NCBI GenBank assembly: GCA_965208675.1
Contig: OZ242351.1
Span: forward strand, 2,272,001 to 2,336,000
Length of the DNA: 64,000 nt
From: Candidatus Poribacteria bacterium
Lineage (GTDB): Bacteria; Poribacteria; WGA-4E; PCPOR2b
Direction: 5' to 3'
The notes under the pieces were generated by a model that ran no database searches, was not told the DNA's origin, and was given only the letters and a program-made list of their open reading frames with translations. The position numbers and the translations under genes are program-made. Below, piece after piece: positions 20,880 to 30,424 of the stretch. The stretch's first letter is position 1. Every line of letters starts with the position of its first letter.

Positions 20880-21686
20880 ATGAAAACAATGGTTCTGAAT
20901 TTGGTGTTGTCCATTATATTCGCGGCGTTTTCTTTTGGAATAGCCGCTGCCGCGGTGGACAATGATGTGGTGCTTGCCATGCCATTTGAGGAAGGTGTTG
21001 GTGAGGACACCAAAGACCTCTCCCCCCACGAAAATCACGGCACGTTCAACGGAAAGGTTACTTGGGCGGATGGAAAGTTTGGTAGTGCGCTTCGGTTCGA
21101 GCCGGTTAGCTTTGTTGACGCCGGACAGGATGAGAGTCTGAGTCTATCCGACACAGACTTTACGATTGCCGCTTGGGTAAACATGGAGGAAACTGACGTC
21201 CAACAACACGGATTTCTCGGCCAAGATGAAGGGGGCGGATCGAAAAACAAGTGGATTTTTCGATACAACAAAGCCCAAAGTATAAAATTGAATTTTGTGG
21301 CGTATAACAGCGAACCTGCGCGCGCGGCGCAACTCGATTCGAAGCTGTGGGAACCCAAACCCGCAGCGAATCGGTGGTATCAGGTCGCTGTCGTGCGGGA
21401 GGGCGACGACTATACGTTCTATATTGATGGCAAACCGCATAGCATGGCGTCCGATGACTTGGTGATTCCACCCGTCATTGAAGCGCCGCTGACGGTCGGA
21501 TGGGCTGAAGGCCCCATTGCCATGGATGGCATTGTCGACGAAGTCCTGATACTCCGGCGGGCTTTCACAGACCTTGAAATTCAAACTCACTTCAAGGGCG
21601 GTTTGGCGCAAGTCCTCGCCGTTCAATCTCATGGAAAACTCGCCACTACCTGGGCTTCCCTAAAGGGCGCACTAACCTTTCGTTGA
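20880..21686 (+). CDS. Secreted LamG/concanavalin-like domain protein with KLATTW tail
   Basis: Signal peptide; D.S...NHG, W.DGKFGSAL.F, FTIAAWV, WYQVAVV, YIDG, GIVDEV; tail AVQSHGKLATTWASLK; AAGGAG RBS. Confidence 0.88.
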   Translation: MKTMVLNLVLSIIFAAFSFGIAAAAVDNDVVLAMPFEEGVGEDTKDLSPHENHGTFNGKVTWADGKFGSALRFEPVSFVDAGQDESLSLSDTDFTIAAWVNMEETDVQQHGFLGQDEGGGSKNKWIFRYNKAQSIKLNFVAYNSEPARAAQLDSKLWEPKPAANRWYQVAVVREGDDYTFYIDGKPHSMASDDLVIPPVIEAPLTVGWAEGPIAMDGIVDEVLILRRAFTDLEIQTHFKGGLAQVLAVQSHGKLATTWASLKGALTFR

Positions 21687-21778
21687 ACCCCCCGATACAG
21701 ATTAGACCTGCTGCCTACAAATTTAAAGCGCGGTCTTAACCATGTTATGGCGGACGTTAAAAATTCTCAATAGTTTTT

Positions 21779-22064
21779 GTAGGTTGGGTAGAGCGGATAT
21801 GGTGAAATTTGCGTAGTGTTTTGTAAGCAGTAAGTACGTTGAGATTGTTTAGTAGCTGTAACAGTGGAGCGAAACCCAACGATCAACTGAGCGAATAGCG
21901 AAGGCGATAGTCTTCCCCACACGGCGCCACCGAAAAATCGAACACATCGCAATTAACGAAAAGCGTTGGGTTTCGCTCCATCCATCAAATCCCGGACGCG
22001 CTTAACCTGACAAACGCTTCGTTACAATCAATATAATTTGGATAACCTGCTTAACCCAACCTAC
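21779..22064. repeat. Modular expanded-loop REP/REPIN-like element, copy D
   Basis: GTAGGTTGGGTAGAGCG-74 nt-CGAAACCCAAC ... GTTGGGTTTCG-72 nt-TGCTTAACCCAACCTAC; left loop homologous to copy C. Confidence 0.88.
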
Positions 22065-22372
22065 AAAAGCCCATTTCAGGGGAAGTTGACGAATCCGAAC
22101 TTGAAATTGACGCCCATTGAAGATAATGTACAAAAGTTGACATTCAGACTATGAAACTTTCATAGTAACACATTTCCAAAAGTCGGCTGAACCCGCACCG
22201 CATAAAGGTTTACTGGTATTTTAGTCCACTCTGTTTTCTCAGTTTACTATTAAAACTATGAAATTATCCGAAATTTCGCCCTTTTTTTATAGACTGTAAA
22301 AACTGTAATTTTGCCAAAAACTCGGTATGAATCAGGAACGGACACACGTTGGGCACTAATCTGAAGCGATAC

Positions 22373-23092
22373 CTAATTTAGCTTGGCTTTCAGCCTTCGT
22401 AGCGCGATGAAGGCAGCGTCATAATCCGGCATTTCATACAAGGCGCGTTTGTAGCACGCCATCGCTTTATCCCATTCAAACCGATGTTCCCAGACGCGGC
22501 CAAGGTTCATGTGCGGATACGCCCGCGGTTCGTATCGGGGTGCGCGAGTCGCCTGCTCCAGCCAAGGAATAGCGGCATCGTATTCGCCCTTTTCAATCAA
22601 ATATGCGCCGATGTCGTTGTATGGATTGCCGAAATCAGGGTCAACCCGAATGGCTTTGCGGCATTCCTCAATCGCATCTTCGCCGCGTCCAATCATGCTA
22701 TATGTCCAACCGAGATAGGTGTGCGCCTCAGCAGTCGGGTAAATTTCAATGGATTTTAGATACAACCCAATCGCATCGGAAAATTCACCCTTCTGTTGAT
22801 GCTCTAAAGCGTCCTGCCAGTAAAACAGCGCCTGTTCCTTTTTATAAGCAATTTCATCGTCGTATATGTTCAGCCTTTCTTCGGCTCGCTTGACCGTGTA
22901 GATGCGGTCGTCGTCTTTGTCTACAATTAACCATTCGCTGTCTTCCGTTTCAATCGATACTTTGACATTTCGAGAGAGGACAATCTTGTTCTTTTTAAAT
23001 GCTTGGCGCAGTTCGTCCGGGAGCGTACCGCGGTTTAAATCCGTTTGAAAACTCAATTCGACATCGAACAGCAACATCTCATCCGCAGCCAC
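22373..23092 (-). CDS. TPR protein with an extra ~75-aa N-terminal domain
   Basis: PTAEAHTYLGW, AIEECRKAI.VDPDFGNPYNDIG, YPHMNLGRV; GTG start after AAAGGAG. Confidence 0.85.
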   Translation of the reverse strand: MAADEMLLFDVELSFQTDLNRGTLPDELRQAFKKNKIVLSRNVKVSIETEDSEWLIVDKDDDRIYTVKRAEERLNIYDDEIAYKKEQALFYWQDALEHQQKGEFSDAIGLYLKSIEIYPTAEAHTYLGWTYSMIGRGEDAIEECRKAIRVDPDFGNPYNDIGAYLIEKGEYDAAIPWLEQATRAPRYEPRAYPHMNLGRVWEHRFEWDKAMACYKRALYEMPDYDAAFIALRRLKAKLN

Positions 23093-23239
23093 AATTCGTG
23101 CTCCTTTCTAAGCAGAATGATGTCACAAAACCGAACAACGAACTTTCTTGCTTCTTCGAGATTCGTCAGTAACGACAAAACTCTACCGTTTATCGCTTCG
23201 GCACCAACATCCTCACCCTTATTAAGCGGCCACAATCAT

Positions 23240-23272
23240 CCTCCCCCACACCAAGGGGGAGTGAGAGGGGGG
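23240..23272. repeat. C-run/G-run REP-like palindrome
   Basis: ctccccc-acaccaa-gggggag-tgagagggggg; same architecture as 47033-47059. Confidence 0.5.
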
Positions 23273-23284
23273 TTCTTCAGTTCT

Positions 23285-25366
23285 TCACTTCGAGTCCAAC
23301 TGGCTTTTCAATTCCGCGAGATTCGTCGTAGGAGATTTACAGGCGTAATTTTCGCAGACATAGACGGTTGTTTCGCCGTTGATTTGCCGCTTGTATTCAA
23401 GGAGCGGGATGAGCGCCTCGGTCTCGTGAGCCTTCTCATCCGTATCGTCCAACATCGCCATGACCTTGTTCGGGATAAACCGGCTGTGAATGGCATGCAG
23501 GACATTCTTCGCCCCCTCGCTGTTCAGCTTCCCGGCAATCGCTATTTCCTTGGGGATTGAATGCAGAAAATCGAGTTCACACAGCAGTTGAGCAGAACCG
23601 CTTGGCGCCGATTTCATCTGATGCGAATAGAGATTCAATGCCGTTTGCGCTTTTTCCGTTAGATTGGGTTGATTGAGCAACTTCGAAAGCCGAAGTAAAC
23701 AGTGGATGGCGATCGAGGTGCCGGACGGCGTAGCGCCATCGTATGCCGATTTGGACCGGACAATCAACGATTCGTGCCCCTTGCTGGTATAGAAAAAACC
23801 GCCCTTAGCGTCATCCCAGAACTGTTCGATCATCGTCTCATTGAGTCGTCGGGCGTTTTTGAGCCAGTGAGGATTGAAGGTCGCCTCGTATAGATTGATT
23901 AAGCCAGCGATGAAATACGAATAATCTTCGAGATAGGCGTTCAGATGGCTTTTACCGGCGCGATGGGTTCGCAGCAGCCCGTTATGCTGTGACAGTTCGG
24001 TCAACACAAAATTGGCTGACGCTTCCGCAGCTTCAAGTAAGCGGCTATGTCCAAGGATTTGATATCCTGATGCCATACTCCGAACCATCAAACCGTTCCA
24101 GCTCGTGAGGATTTTGTCGTCCAGACCGGGCTTTATGCGCTGTTCGCGCACTTCAAACAGCTTCCGCTTCCCTTCGGTGAGAATCGTCTCCAACTCCCCC
24201 AAATCCATTCCCAGTTTCTTTGCGAAGATGTCCGGCGGGGTCTGGACGTGAAGGATGTTCTCGCCTTCAAAATTTCCGGGTTCCGTAATATCGTAATATT
24301 CACAGAAAACCTTCGCGTGCTCCGCCTCAAGTAAGTCTTCAACCTCATCGGGCGTCCAAACGAAAAACTTGCCTTCGACGCCCTCGCTGTCCGCATCTTG
24401 CGTCGAGTAAAACCCGCCTGTCTCCGGGTTGTACATCTCGCGCAAGACGTAGTCGAGTGTGTCTTGAGCGATGTTCGCATAAAACGGCTCTCCAGACGCC
24501 TGATACGTCTCCAAATAGATTGCCGAAAGCAGTGCGTTGTCGTACAACATCTTCTCAAAGTGTGGGACGAGCCAAGTTTCGTCGGTCGAATAGCGGTGAA
24601 ATCCCCCGCCAATCTGATCATACATTCCGCCCTGCGCCATTTTTTGCAGCGTTAGTTCGACCATTTCTAGCGCGTTCTGATTACCGGTGCGGTGCCAGTA
24701 ACGCAGCAGGAAAGCGAGTCCCATGCTCGGCGGGAATTTGGGCGCACTTCCAAATCCGCCGTGCCGAGAATCAAACCGCGACCGATAATCTTGATAAGCA
24801 CGGTCGAATACATCGGTGTTTAGGGGCTGACCGCCCGCCTGCGTCTCCGATAGTTGATGCAAGCGTTCGGTGATTCGATTTGCTTGTTCAACAATGCTCT
24901 CGTGACGTTCGCGGTACGCCTCAATTACACCAAGCAGCACACGCGGGAAACCGGGGCGTCCGTATCGGTCATCAGGGGGGAAGTAGGTGCCGCCGTAAAA
25001 GGGTTTCAAATCCGGCGCAAGAAACATGGTCATTGGCCAACCGCCGGATCCCGTGAGCATCTGGACGGCGTTCATGTAGATTTCATCAAGATCTGGACGT
25101 TCCTCGCGGTCCACCTTGATGTTGATAAAATGTTCGTTCATGATTGAGGCGATTTGCTCGTTCTCAAAGGATTCGTGCTCCATCACGTGGCACCAATGGC
25201 ATGCAGCATATCCAACGCTCAAGAGAATCGGCTTATTCTCACGCCTCGCGAGCGCCAACGCCTCTTCTCCCCACGGATACCAATCGACAGGATTGTGAGC
25301 GTGTTGCAGGAGGTACGGGCTCGTCTCGTTAATGAGCCGATTTGTATGTTTCGGGTTTTCAGACAT
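23285..25366 (-). CDS. YyaL/SSP411 (DUF255) thioredoxin-domain protein
   Basis: [66 protein letters not shown]. Confidence 0.95.
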   Translation of the reverse strand: MSENPKHTNRLINETSPYLLQHAHNPVDWYPWGEEALALARRENKPILLSVGYAACHWCHVMEHESFENEQIASIMNEHFINIKVDREERPDLDEIYMNAVQMLTGSGGWPMTMFLAPDLKPFYGGTYFPPDDRYGRPGFPRVLLGVIEAYRERHESIVEQANRITERLHQLSETQAGGQPLNTDVFDRAYQDYRSRFDSRHGGFGSAPKFPPSMGLAFLLRYWHRTGNQNALEMVELTLQKMAQGGMYDQIGGGFHRYSTDETWLVPHFEKMLYDNALLSAIYLETYQASGEPFYANIAQDTLDYVLREMYNPETGGFYSTQDADSEGVEGKFFVWTPDEVEDLLEAEHAKVFCEYYDITEPGNFEGENILHVQTPPDIFAKKLGMDLGELETILTEGKRKLFEVREQRIKPGLDDKILTSWNGLMVRSMASGYQILGHSRLLEAAEASANFVLTELSQHNGLLRTHRAGKSHLNAYLEDYSYFIAGLINLYEATFNPHWLKNARRLNETMIEQFWDDAKGGFFYTSKGHESLIVRSKSAYDGATPSGTSIAIHCLLRLSKLLNQPNLTEKAQTALNLYSHQMKSAPSGSAQLLCELDFLHSIPKEIAIAGKLNSEGAKNVLHAIHSRFIPNKVMAMLDDTDEKAHETEALIPLLEYKRQINGETTVYVCENYACKSPTTNLAELKSQLDSK

Positions 25367-25379
25367 TCATTTCCCTCTC

Positions 25380-26333
25380 TTAGGGTGCCGCGATACCGCC
25401 GCTGCTGCCAGTTTTTAGGACGACATAGCTCCTATATCGAACCGGGCTAATCTCGCCTGCATTGACAGCCTCGGTTACTGCACAATCTGGCTCATTAAGA
25501 TGGATGCAATCGTTGTATTTGCATTCACCAAGGTAGGAATCCATTTCCGGAAAATAGAGGTCAAGGTCTTCCGTATCAACGCCCCACAGACCGACCTCTC
25601 GAATGCCCGGCGTGTCCGCCACTTCGCCGCCATTTTCCAAGGAAAAGAGTTCAACAAGCGTTGTGGTATGGCGTCCTTTACCGGTTTTCAACCCGACTTC
25701 ACCAATGGGCAAGGCGAGTCCCGGTTGCACCGCGTTAAGAAGGCTCGACTTCCCTACCCCAGACGCCCCGACGATGACACTGAACTTATCGGATAATACA
25801 CGTTCGAGTCGATCAATACCCTCGCCATCTGTGACGCTAGTATAGATTACCTGATAGCCGAGACGGTCGTAGACGTTCAACATAGAGATTACCCTACCCT
25901 TTTCCACCGAGTCGATAAGGTCAATCTTATTTAGACAAACGACAGCGCCCATCTGCCCTGCTTCGGCTAGTATAAGGAATCGATCGAGCGTTCGGTAGTT
26001 AAGGTCCGGCAGGCGGGTTGAAACAACAGCCACCACCTGATCAGCGTTTGCGACGACAATTTGCTCGATTGTGTCTCGCTTGCCTGGGTGGCGGCGAGAT
26101 AGTTTAGTCCGCCGCGGCAGGATGCCTTCGATAACACCCCTTTCCTCGTCAAGGGGCGCGACCACTACTTCATCGCCAACTGCGACAGGGTCGGCGTAGA
26201 TTTGCTTGCCCTCCTCCGATCGCCGTTCTCGCTTGACACGCCCGCGCAGCGTGCAGCGAAGCACACCGCCGTCAAGTTGGACATCGTAAAAACTCGTTCG
26301 GGCGCGAATGACTCGTCCGTGACTGTCGTCCAT
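25380..26333 (-). CDS. rsgA: Ribosome small subunit-dependent GTPase A
   Basis: Circularly permuted NKID, GASGVGKSS, GRHTTT, DTPG; Zn finger CKYNDCIHLNEPDC. Confidence 0.96.
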   Translation of the reverse strand: MDDSHGRVIRARTSFYDVQLDGGVLRCTLRGRVKRERRSEEGKQIYADPVAVGDEVVVAPLDEERGVIEGILPRRTKLSRRHPGKRDTIEQIVVANADQVVAVVSTRLPDLNYRTLDRFLILAEAGQMGAVVCLNKIDLIDSVEKGRVISMLNVYDRLGYQVIYTSVTDGEGIDRLERVLSDKFSVIVGASGVGKSSLLNAVQPGLALPIGEVGLKTGKGRHTTTLVELFSLENGGEVADTPGIREVGLWGVDTEDLDLYFPEMDSYLGECKYNDCIHLNEPDCAVTEAVNAGEISPVRYRSYVVLKTGSSGGIAAP

Positions 26334-26401
26334 ATAAATTCGTCCGCCTTGACGATTATGCCTTGCTACGAATACAGGCGCTAGTGCGAATCTTTAGAGC
26401 A

Positions 26402-26788
26402 CTAGCAGGGAATTACCCAATGCAGGACAGTGTCGATAAACGAAATTAGAAGGGCAGCTATTATGGTGTTGAAGAAACCATTTACCTCAAACCCTTTGAT
26501 TATCTTCGCCGTAATCCAGAGGAGAAAAGCGTTTATGACAAAATAGAACAGACCGAGCGTCAGAATAAACAGCGGCAGTGTTAACAAAATAAAAATCTTG
26601 GTGAACACCGTTTTCAATATTCCGTAAACGAGCGCTACGACGACTGCCGTGGCGAAGTTTTTGACACGGATAGACGATAAGATATGGGTAGCGACAAAGA
26701 CCGACACGCTGAGGATTAAGAGTTCGATTATCCAGTGAATTATGGGGCTATAATCAGGCAATCTCGATTTCCCCTTTCGCGGACACAA
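26402..26788 (-). CDS. YvlD-like 4-TM membrane protein (phage holin superfamily IV-like); start uncertain
   Basis: LTLPLFILTLGLFYFVINAFLL, GFEVNGF..IIAALLIS. Confidence 0.8.
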   Translation of the reverse strand: MCPRKGKSRLPDYSPIIHWIIELLILSVSVFVATHILSSIRVKNFATAVVVALVYGILKTVFTKIFILLTLPLFILTLGLFYFVINAFLLWITAKIIKGFEVNGFFNTIIAALLISFIDTVLHWVIPC

Positions 26789-26809
26789 AGGTGCCCTTGA
26801 CCGTATTCC

Positions 26810-27613
26810 TTACTTCCCGAACCGCCGCTGCCGTTGGCTATAGTCACGAATTGCGCGGAGAAAGTCAATCTTTCTAAATGATGGCCAATACGTATCGCAG
26901 AAGTAGTATTCTGAATACACGCTTTGCCAAAGCAAAAACCCAGATAGTCGTACCTCTCCGCTGGTTCGGATAATCAGGTCGGGGTCCGGCAATTCAGACG
27001 TGTAGAGGTGTGGGCTAATCTTTTCGACACTGAGTTCATCCGTAATTTCGGCGGGTTCACGCCCCTTCGCAAGTTCGGATTGTAGATGGCTGCGGACGGC
27101 TTCGACAATCTCTTCACGCCCGCCGTAAGCGACAGCTACGTTCAAAATAAATTTGTCGTAATGCTTTGTTGCCTTCTCCGCAGCGTGAATTGCGTCTTGA
27201 AGACTCTGCGGCAGCAGTTCAATTTGTCCCATGGATCGAATCTTAATCTGGTTGGTGTGCAGCCCTTCAATCGTCACAACTTCGCGCATCTTCTTTTCAA
27301 TAAGATCTAATATCTCTGTGACTTCGGATTGATCGCGCTTGAAATTGTCGAGAGAGAAAATCCAGATGGAGACAATCTTGACGCCCAACTCATCACACCA
27401 ATGGAGCATCTCTTCCAGTTTGTGAGCGCCGTCATAATGTCCTTTGATGGTATCCATAAAGCCCTGCTTTTTTGCATAACGGCGATTACCATCAAGAATA
27501 ATACCAATGTGGTGGGGAATATGCCAATGGCTGGTTTTCTGCTCAAGCCGCTTTTGGTAAACCGCGTAGAAGAATTTTTTTAGAGGATTTTTTATAATTT
27601 GCATTGGATGCAT
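26810..27613 (-). CDS. uppS: cis-prenyltransferase (UppS family)
   Basis: HIGIILDGNRR, FSLDNFKR, YGGREEI, PDPDLIIRTSGEVRLSGFLLWQ. Confidence 0.9.
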   Translation of the reverse strand: MHPMQIIKNPLKKFFYAVYQKRLEQKTSHWHIPHHIGIILDGNRRYAKKQGFMDTIKGHYDGAHKLEEMLHWCDELGVKIVSIWIFSLDNFKRDQSEVTEILDLIEKKMREVVTIEGLHTNQIKIRSMGQIELLPQSLQDAIHAAEKATKHYDKFILNVAVAYGGREEIVEAVRSHLQSELAKGREPAEITDELSVEKISPHLYTSELPDPDLIIRTSGEVRLSGFLLWQSVYSEYYFCDTYWPSFRKIDFLRAIRDYSQRQRRFGK

Positions 27614-27917
27614 GGTGAGGCCTCGAAAAGATTGTTCATTTTGATTATACCATACAACACAAGATGAGAAAAAGCCAAAACCATTGATGCTGTTGAATCC
27701 AATAATTGTACGGACATCTTTTGATATCAGTGTAAAGTCCGTTAACAGCAGGCGAGTCTTCGGACTGATCGTATTTAAAGAACCACGTTATTTGCACATA
27801 CCCCTTTCGTTTTACTTTTGCGTTTCAGGTTAAACATGGTAAAATTATGCCGCCTCGTAACGTCCCAGTATTTGGGAAGATGATGCTTCGCAGCCATTTT
27901 GGAAAGGGAACGGGTGC

Positions 27918-29075
27918 ATGCCGGACGTTGTTGTTGGACATATTGAAGACCCAGAAAGCCTTAAAGCTGTATTCACTGAATTTGAACGACATCATCCCGG
28001 CATCAAAATAGGGATGGGACATTTCGAAGGCGACGACGGTGAGGTTGCAACGGAGTATGGCGGCGTCCGATATATCTGGATTGATCGGGGCGCGGGCGAG
28101 GTCTTTCTAGATTCAGGTTATCGGACGCAAGAGGGAGATGGCGAGCGATTGCCCGCAATTTACGAAACGGATCGATGTGATGATGAGAATTGGTCAATAT
28201 TGCAAACATTGGCGGGAAACCTTGACACACTCCATGAAAGAATTAGACCGCCGGTTGAGGGCATATTAGACAGGGTAACGGAACGAACATTGGTTGGCGA
28301 CATCGCCAACGAAATCTGGTTAATGGAGGAGAGCGGGGCCTCTCGCGGACAATGGTCCAGCCGACCGAAGGTGCGCCGTACCTTTGAACTTCTGCTGGTG
28401 AACTATTCTACTATCGGTTGGTCTACGAAACAGACGAGTTCGTTTGAACCCATTCAAGCTGGCGACCAACTCACCGTACTGGATGATGAGCCGATTCGGG
28501 TGCGCGGGAAATTCAGTTATTGGTGGATTGAGAACACGAACATCTTCATGACACACTTAACGACGGCTCGCCGCCTGCGCTATCTGCGTGATACGGCGGG
28601 CGGTTGCAATACTTCAACTGACGGTTTCCGCCGCTTAACCATGACATGGCATTGCAACACAGCGACCGCAGATGAGGCTGACGGCATCAATACGGTCAAT
28701 AGCCATGTTGTCAACATTACTGCTCAGTCCTCGCGGACCCACTACCACCCAGCGATTCCGGTCGGCGGCGGCAAACCACAGCACGAAATCTACCTGGCGC
28801 TCAACCCGAGCGCGTATTCGTTGAACACTTACGGGCGCGATAGTCATCTACATGTATTTCCGGACCTTACAAATCTCGCAAACCACGAACAAATACCGCT
28901 AACACCGGGTGACGTCGTCTACATTCCGCCAGATACCGGACATCGCGCCGTGGATGCCTTTGTGAACGTCGTAACGCTGCCCGGCTTCAAGCCGCATAAT
29001 GAGGTTGATTTAGATGCGCAAATCAAGGAGACAACCAACGGGAGTGTTCCCTACAATGAGAATGTGCTTCACTAA
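27918..29075 (+). CDS. Hypothetical protein with C-terminal cupin-like metal motif
   Basis: 385-aa ORF; THYHP...HEIY...PGDVVYIPPDTGHRA. Confidence 0.65.
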   Translation: MPDVVVGHIEDPESLKAVFTEFERHHPGIKIGMGHFEGDDGEVATEYGGVRYIWIDRGAGEVFLDSGYRTQEGDGERLPAIYETDRCDDENWSILQTLAGNLDTLHERIRPPVEGILDRVTERTLVGDIANEIWLMEESGASRGQWSSRPKVRRTFELLLVNYSTIGWSTKQTSSFEPIQAGDQLTVLDDEPIRVRGKFSYWWIENTNIFMTHLTTARRLRYLRDTAGGCNTSTDGFRRLTMTWHCNTATADEADGINTVNSHVVNITAQSSRTHYHPAIPVGGGKPQHEIYLALNPSAYSLNTYGRDSHLHVFPDLTNLANHEQIPLTPGDVVYIPPDTGHRAVDAFVNVVTLPGFKPHNEVDLDAQIKETTNGSVPYNENVLH

Positions 29076-29280
29076 CAACGGAACTTGTACGAAAAGTGGG
29101 CGGCAAAGCTACATTTTCGTTTGTGCGTCGAAATCATGGTAATTTTAAGGGTTTCACCCTTTCGATAAAGCTATACATGGATGGAACAATTATGAGGCTA
29201 TACCGTCCACTTCTCCTTTAACCGCACTACGCTACTTGCAAAAACCTGTGGAGCATCCTTGAAATTCGGATAAACGGATA

Positions 29281-30102
29281 ATGGACGAGAAGATATTCAA
29301 GTATTACGAGAAGGGCGAAGAGGCAGCCCGCCTCAGTGGCGGATTCGACCGTGTGGAGTTTGAAAGAACGAAGGAAATCCTACTCAGATACCTGCCGCCG
29401 CCGCCCGCAAAAATTCTCGATGTTGGAGGCGGCGCCGGCGCCTATTCCTTCTGGCTAGCGGAAAAGTCCTACACAGTTCATCTGATTGACATTGTACCCC
29501 TCCATGTTGAGCAGACGAAAACGGCAGACGGTGCGGCGCTTCTTGCCAGCATTGGCAAAGGAGACGCCAGAAAACTCGATTTCGAATCTGACTCTATGGA
29601 TGTCGTGCTTCTACTCGGGCCGCTCTACCATCTTCCACGGCGTTCGAATCGAATCCGAGCATTGAAAGAAACTCGCCGCGTCTTAAAAACCGGAGGTTTG
29701 GTGTTTTGCGCTGCCATTTCACGGTTCGCATCTCTTCTTGGCGGCTTGGCTCAGGATTTCTTATCCGATCCAGAGTTCCATAATATCGCCTTGAAAGATG
29801 TAAAAGATGGCAATCACCTCAATCCGAAAGAGATCCCGGGTTACTTTACAACCGCATACTTTCACAGACCAGAAGAATTAGCAGCGGAAATCAAGGAAGC
29901 AGGACTTAGCCATTTAAGCACATTGGGCTTAGAGGGGTCATCATGGCTGTTGGGAGATTTCGAAGAGCGGTGGGCAGACCCCGCGCGAAAAGCGATTATT
30001 CTTGAAGTGTTGCGACTGATAGAAGACGAAACAACACTTCTCGGTGTCAGTGCACATCTTTTGGCGGTTGCCAAAAAAGAAGGAAGAACCGAAGCTAACT
30101 GA
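29281..30102 (+). CDS. Class I SAM-dependent methyltransferase
   Basis: ILDVGGGAGAY, GDAR, DVVLLLGPLYHL, RVLKTGG. Confidence 0.92.
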   Translation: MDEKIFKYYEKGEEAARLSGGFDRVEFERTKEILLRYLPPPPAKILDVGGGAGAYSFWLAEKSYTVHLIDIVPLHVEQTKTADGAALLASIGKGDARKLDFESDSMDVVLLLGPLYHLPRRSNRIRALKETRRVLKTGGLVFCAAISRFASLLGGLAQDFLSDPEFHNIALKDVKDGNHLNPKEIPGYFTTAYFHRPEELAAEIKEAGLSHLSTLGLEGSSWLLGDFEERWADPARKAIILEVLRLIEDETTLLGVSAHLLAVAKKEGRTEAN

Positions 30103-30138
30103 TTCAGATGGCTTTCAATCGAGATCGAAGGCGTACCT

Positions 30139-30363
30139 ATGGATAAATGGTATATCAGCGTAACAGTATTGAACGTACTCGCCCTCATTATGCTCATCGG
30201 ATTCCTAATATACTTTTTTCAACCATCGGCGCTTGTAAAACGGTTAGGGCTTATCTTTTTCTTAACCGCGGGCACGTTGGTCATGGTTAGAGGTGTCGTA
30301 AAAATCACGATGGGCATGCAAAAGGGCGGGAAATTACGGATCTCATCGAAAAAGAGAGACTGA
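30139..30363 (+). CDS. Small 2-TM hypothetical protein
   Basis: Two hydrophobic helices and a basic tail; co-oriented with neighbours. Confidence 0.5.
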   Translation: MDKWYISVTVLNVLALIMLIGFLIYFFQPSALVKRLGLIFFLTAGTLVMVRGVVKITMGMQKGGKLRISSKKRD

Positions 30364-30424
30364 CCATCCCGTGTTGTAAACTACATCTCAATGGGGAAAT
30401 CATAATCATTAACGGAGGGGAATC

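Noticed and set aside
13407-22064. Integron cassette array as a firm call
   Set aside because: The RYYYAAC/GTTRRRY match comes from REP arms; no L-box pairing, no intI, and long gaps between genes and sites. Kept only as an alternative to test.
26402-26788. Prophage lysis gene
   Set aside because: YvlD-like membrane proteins are commonly chromosomal, and no phage genes are nearby.
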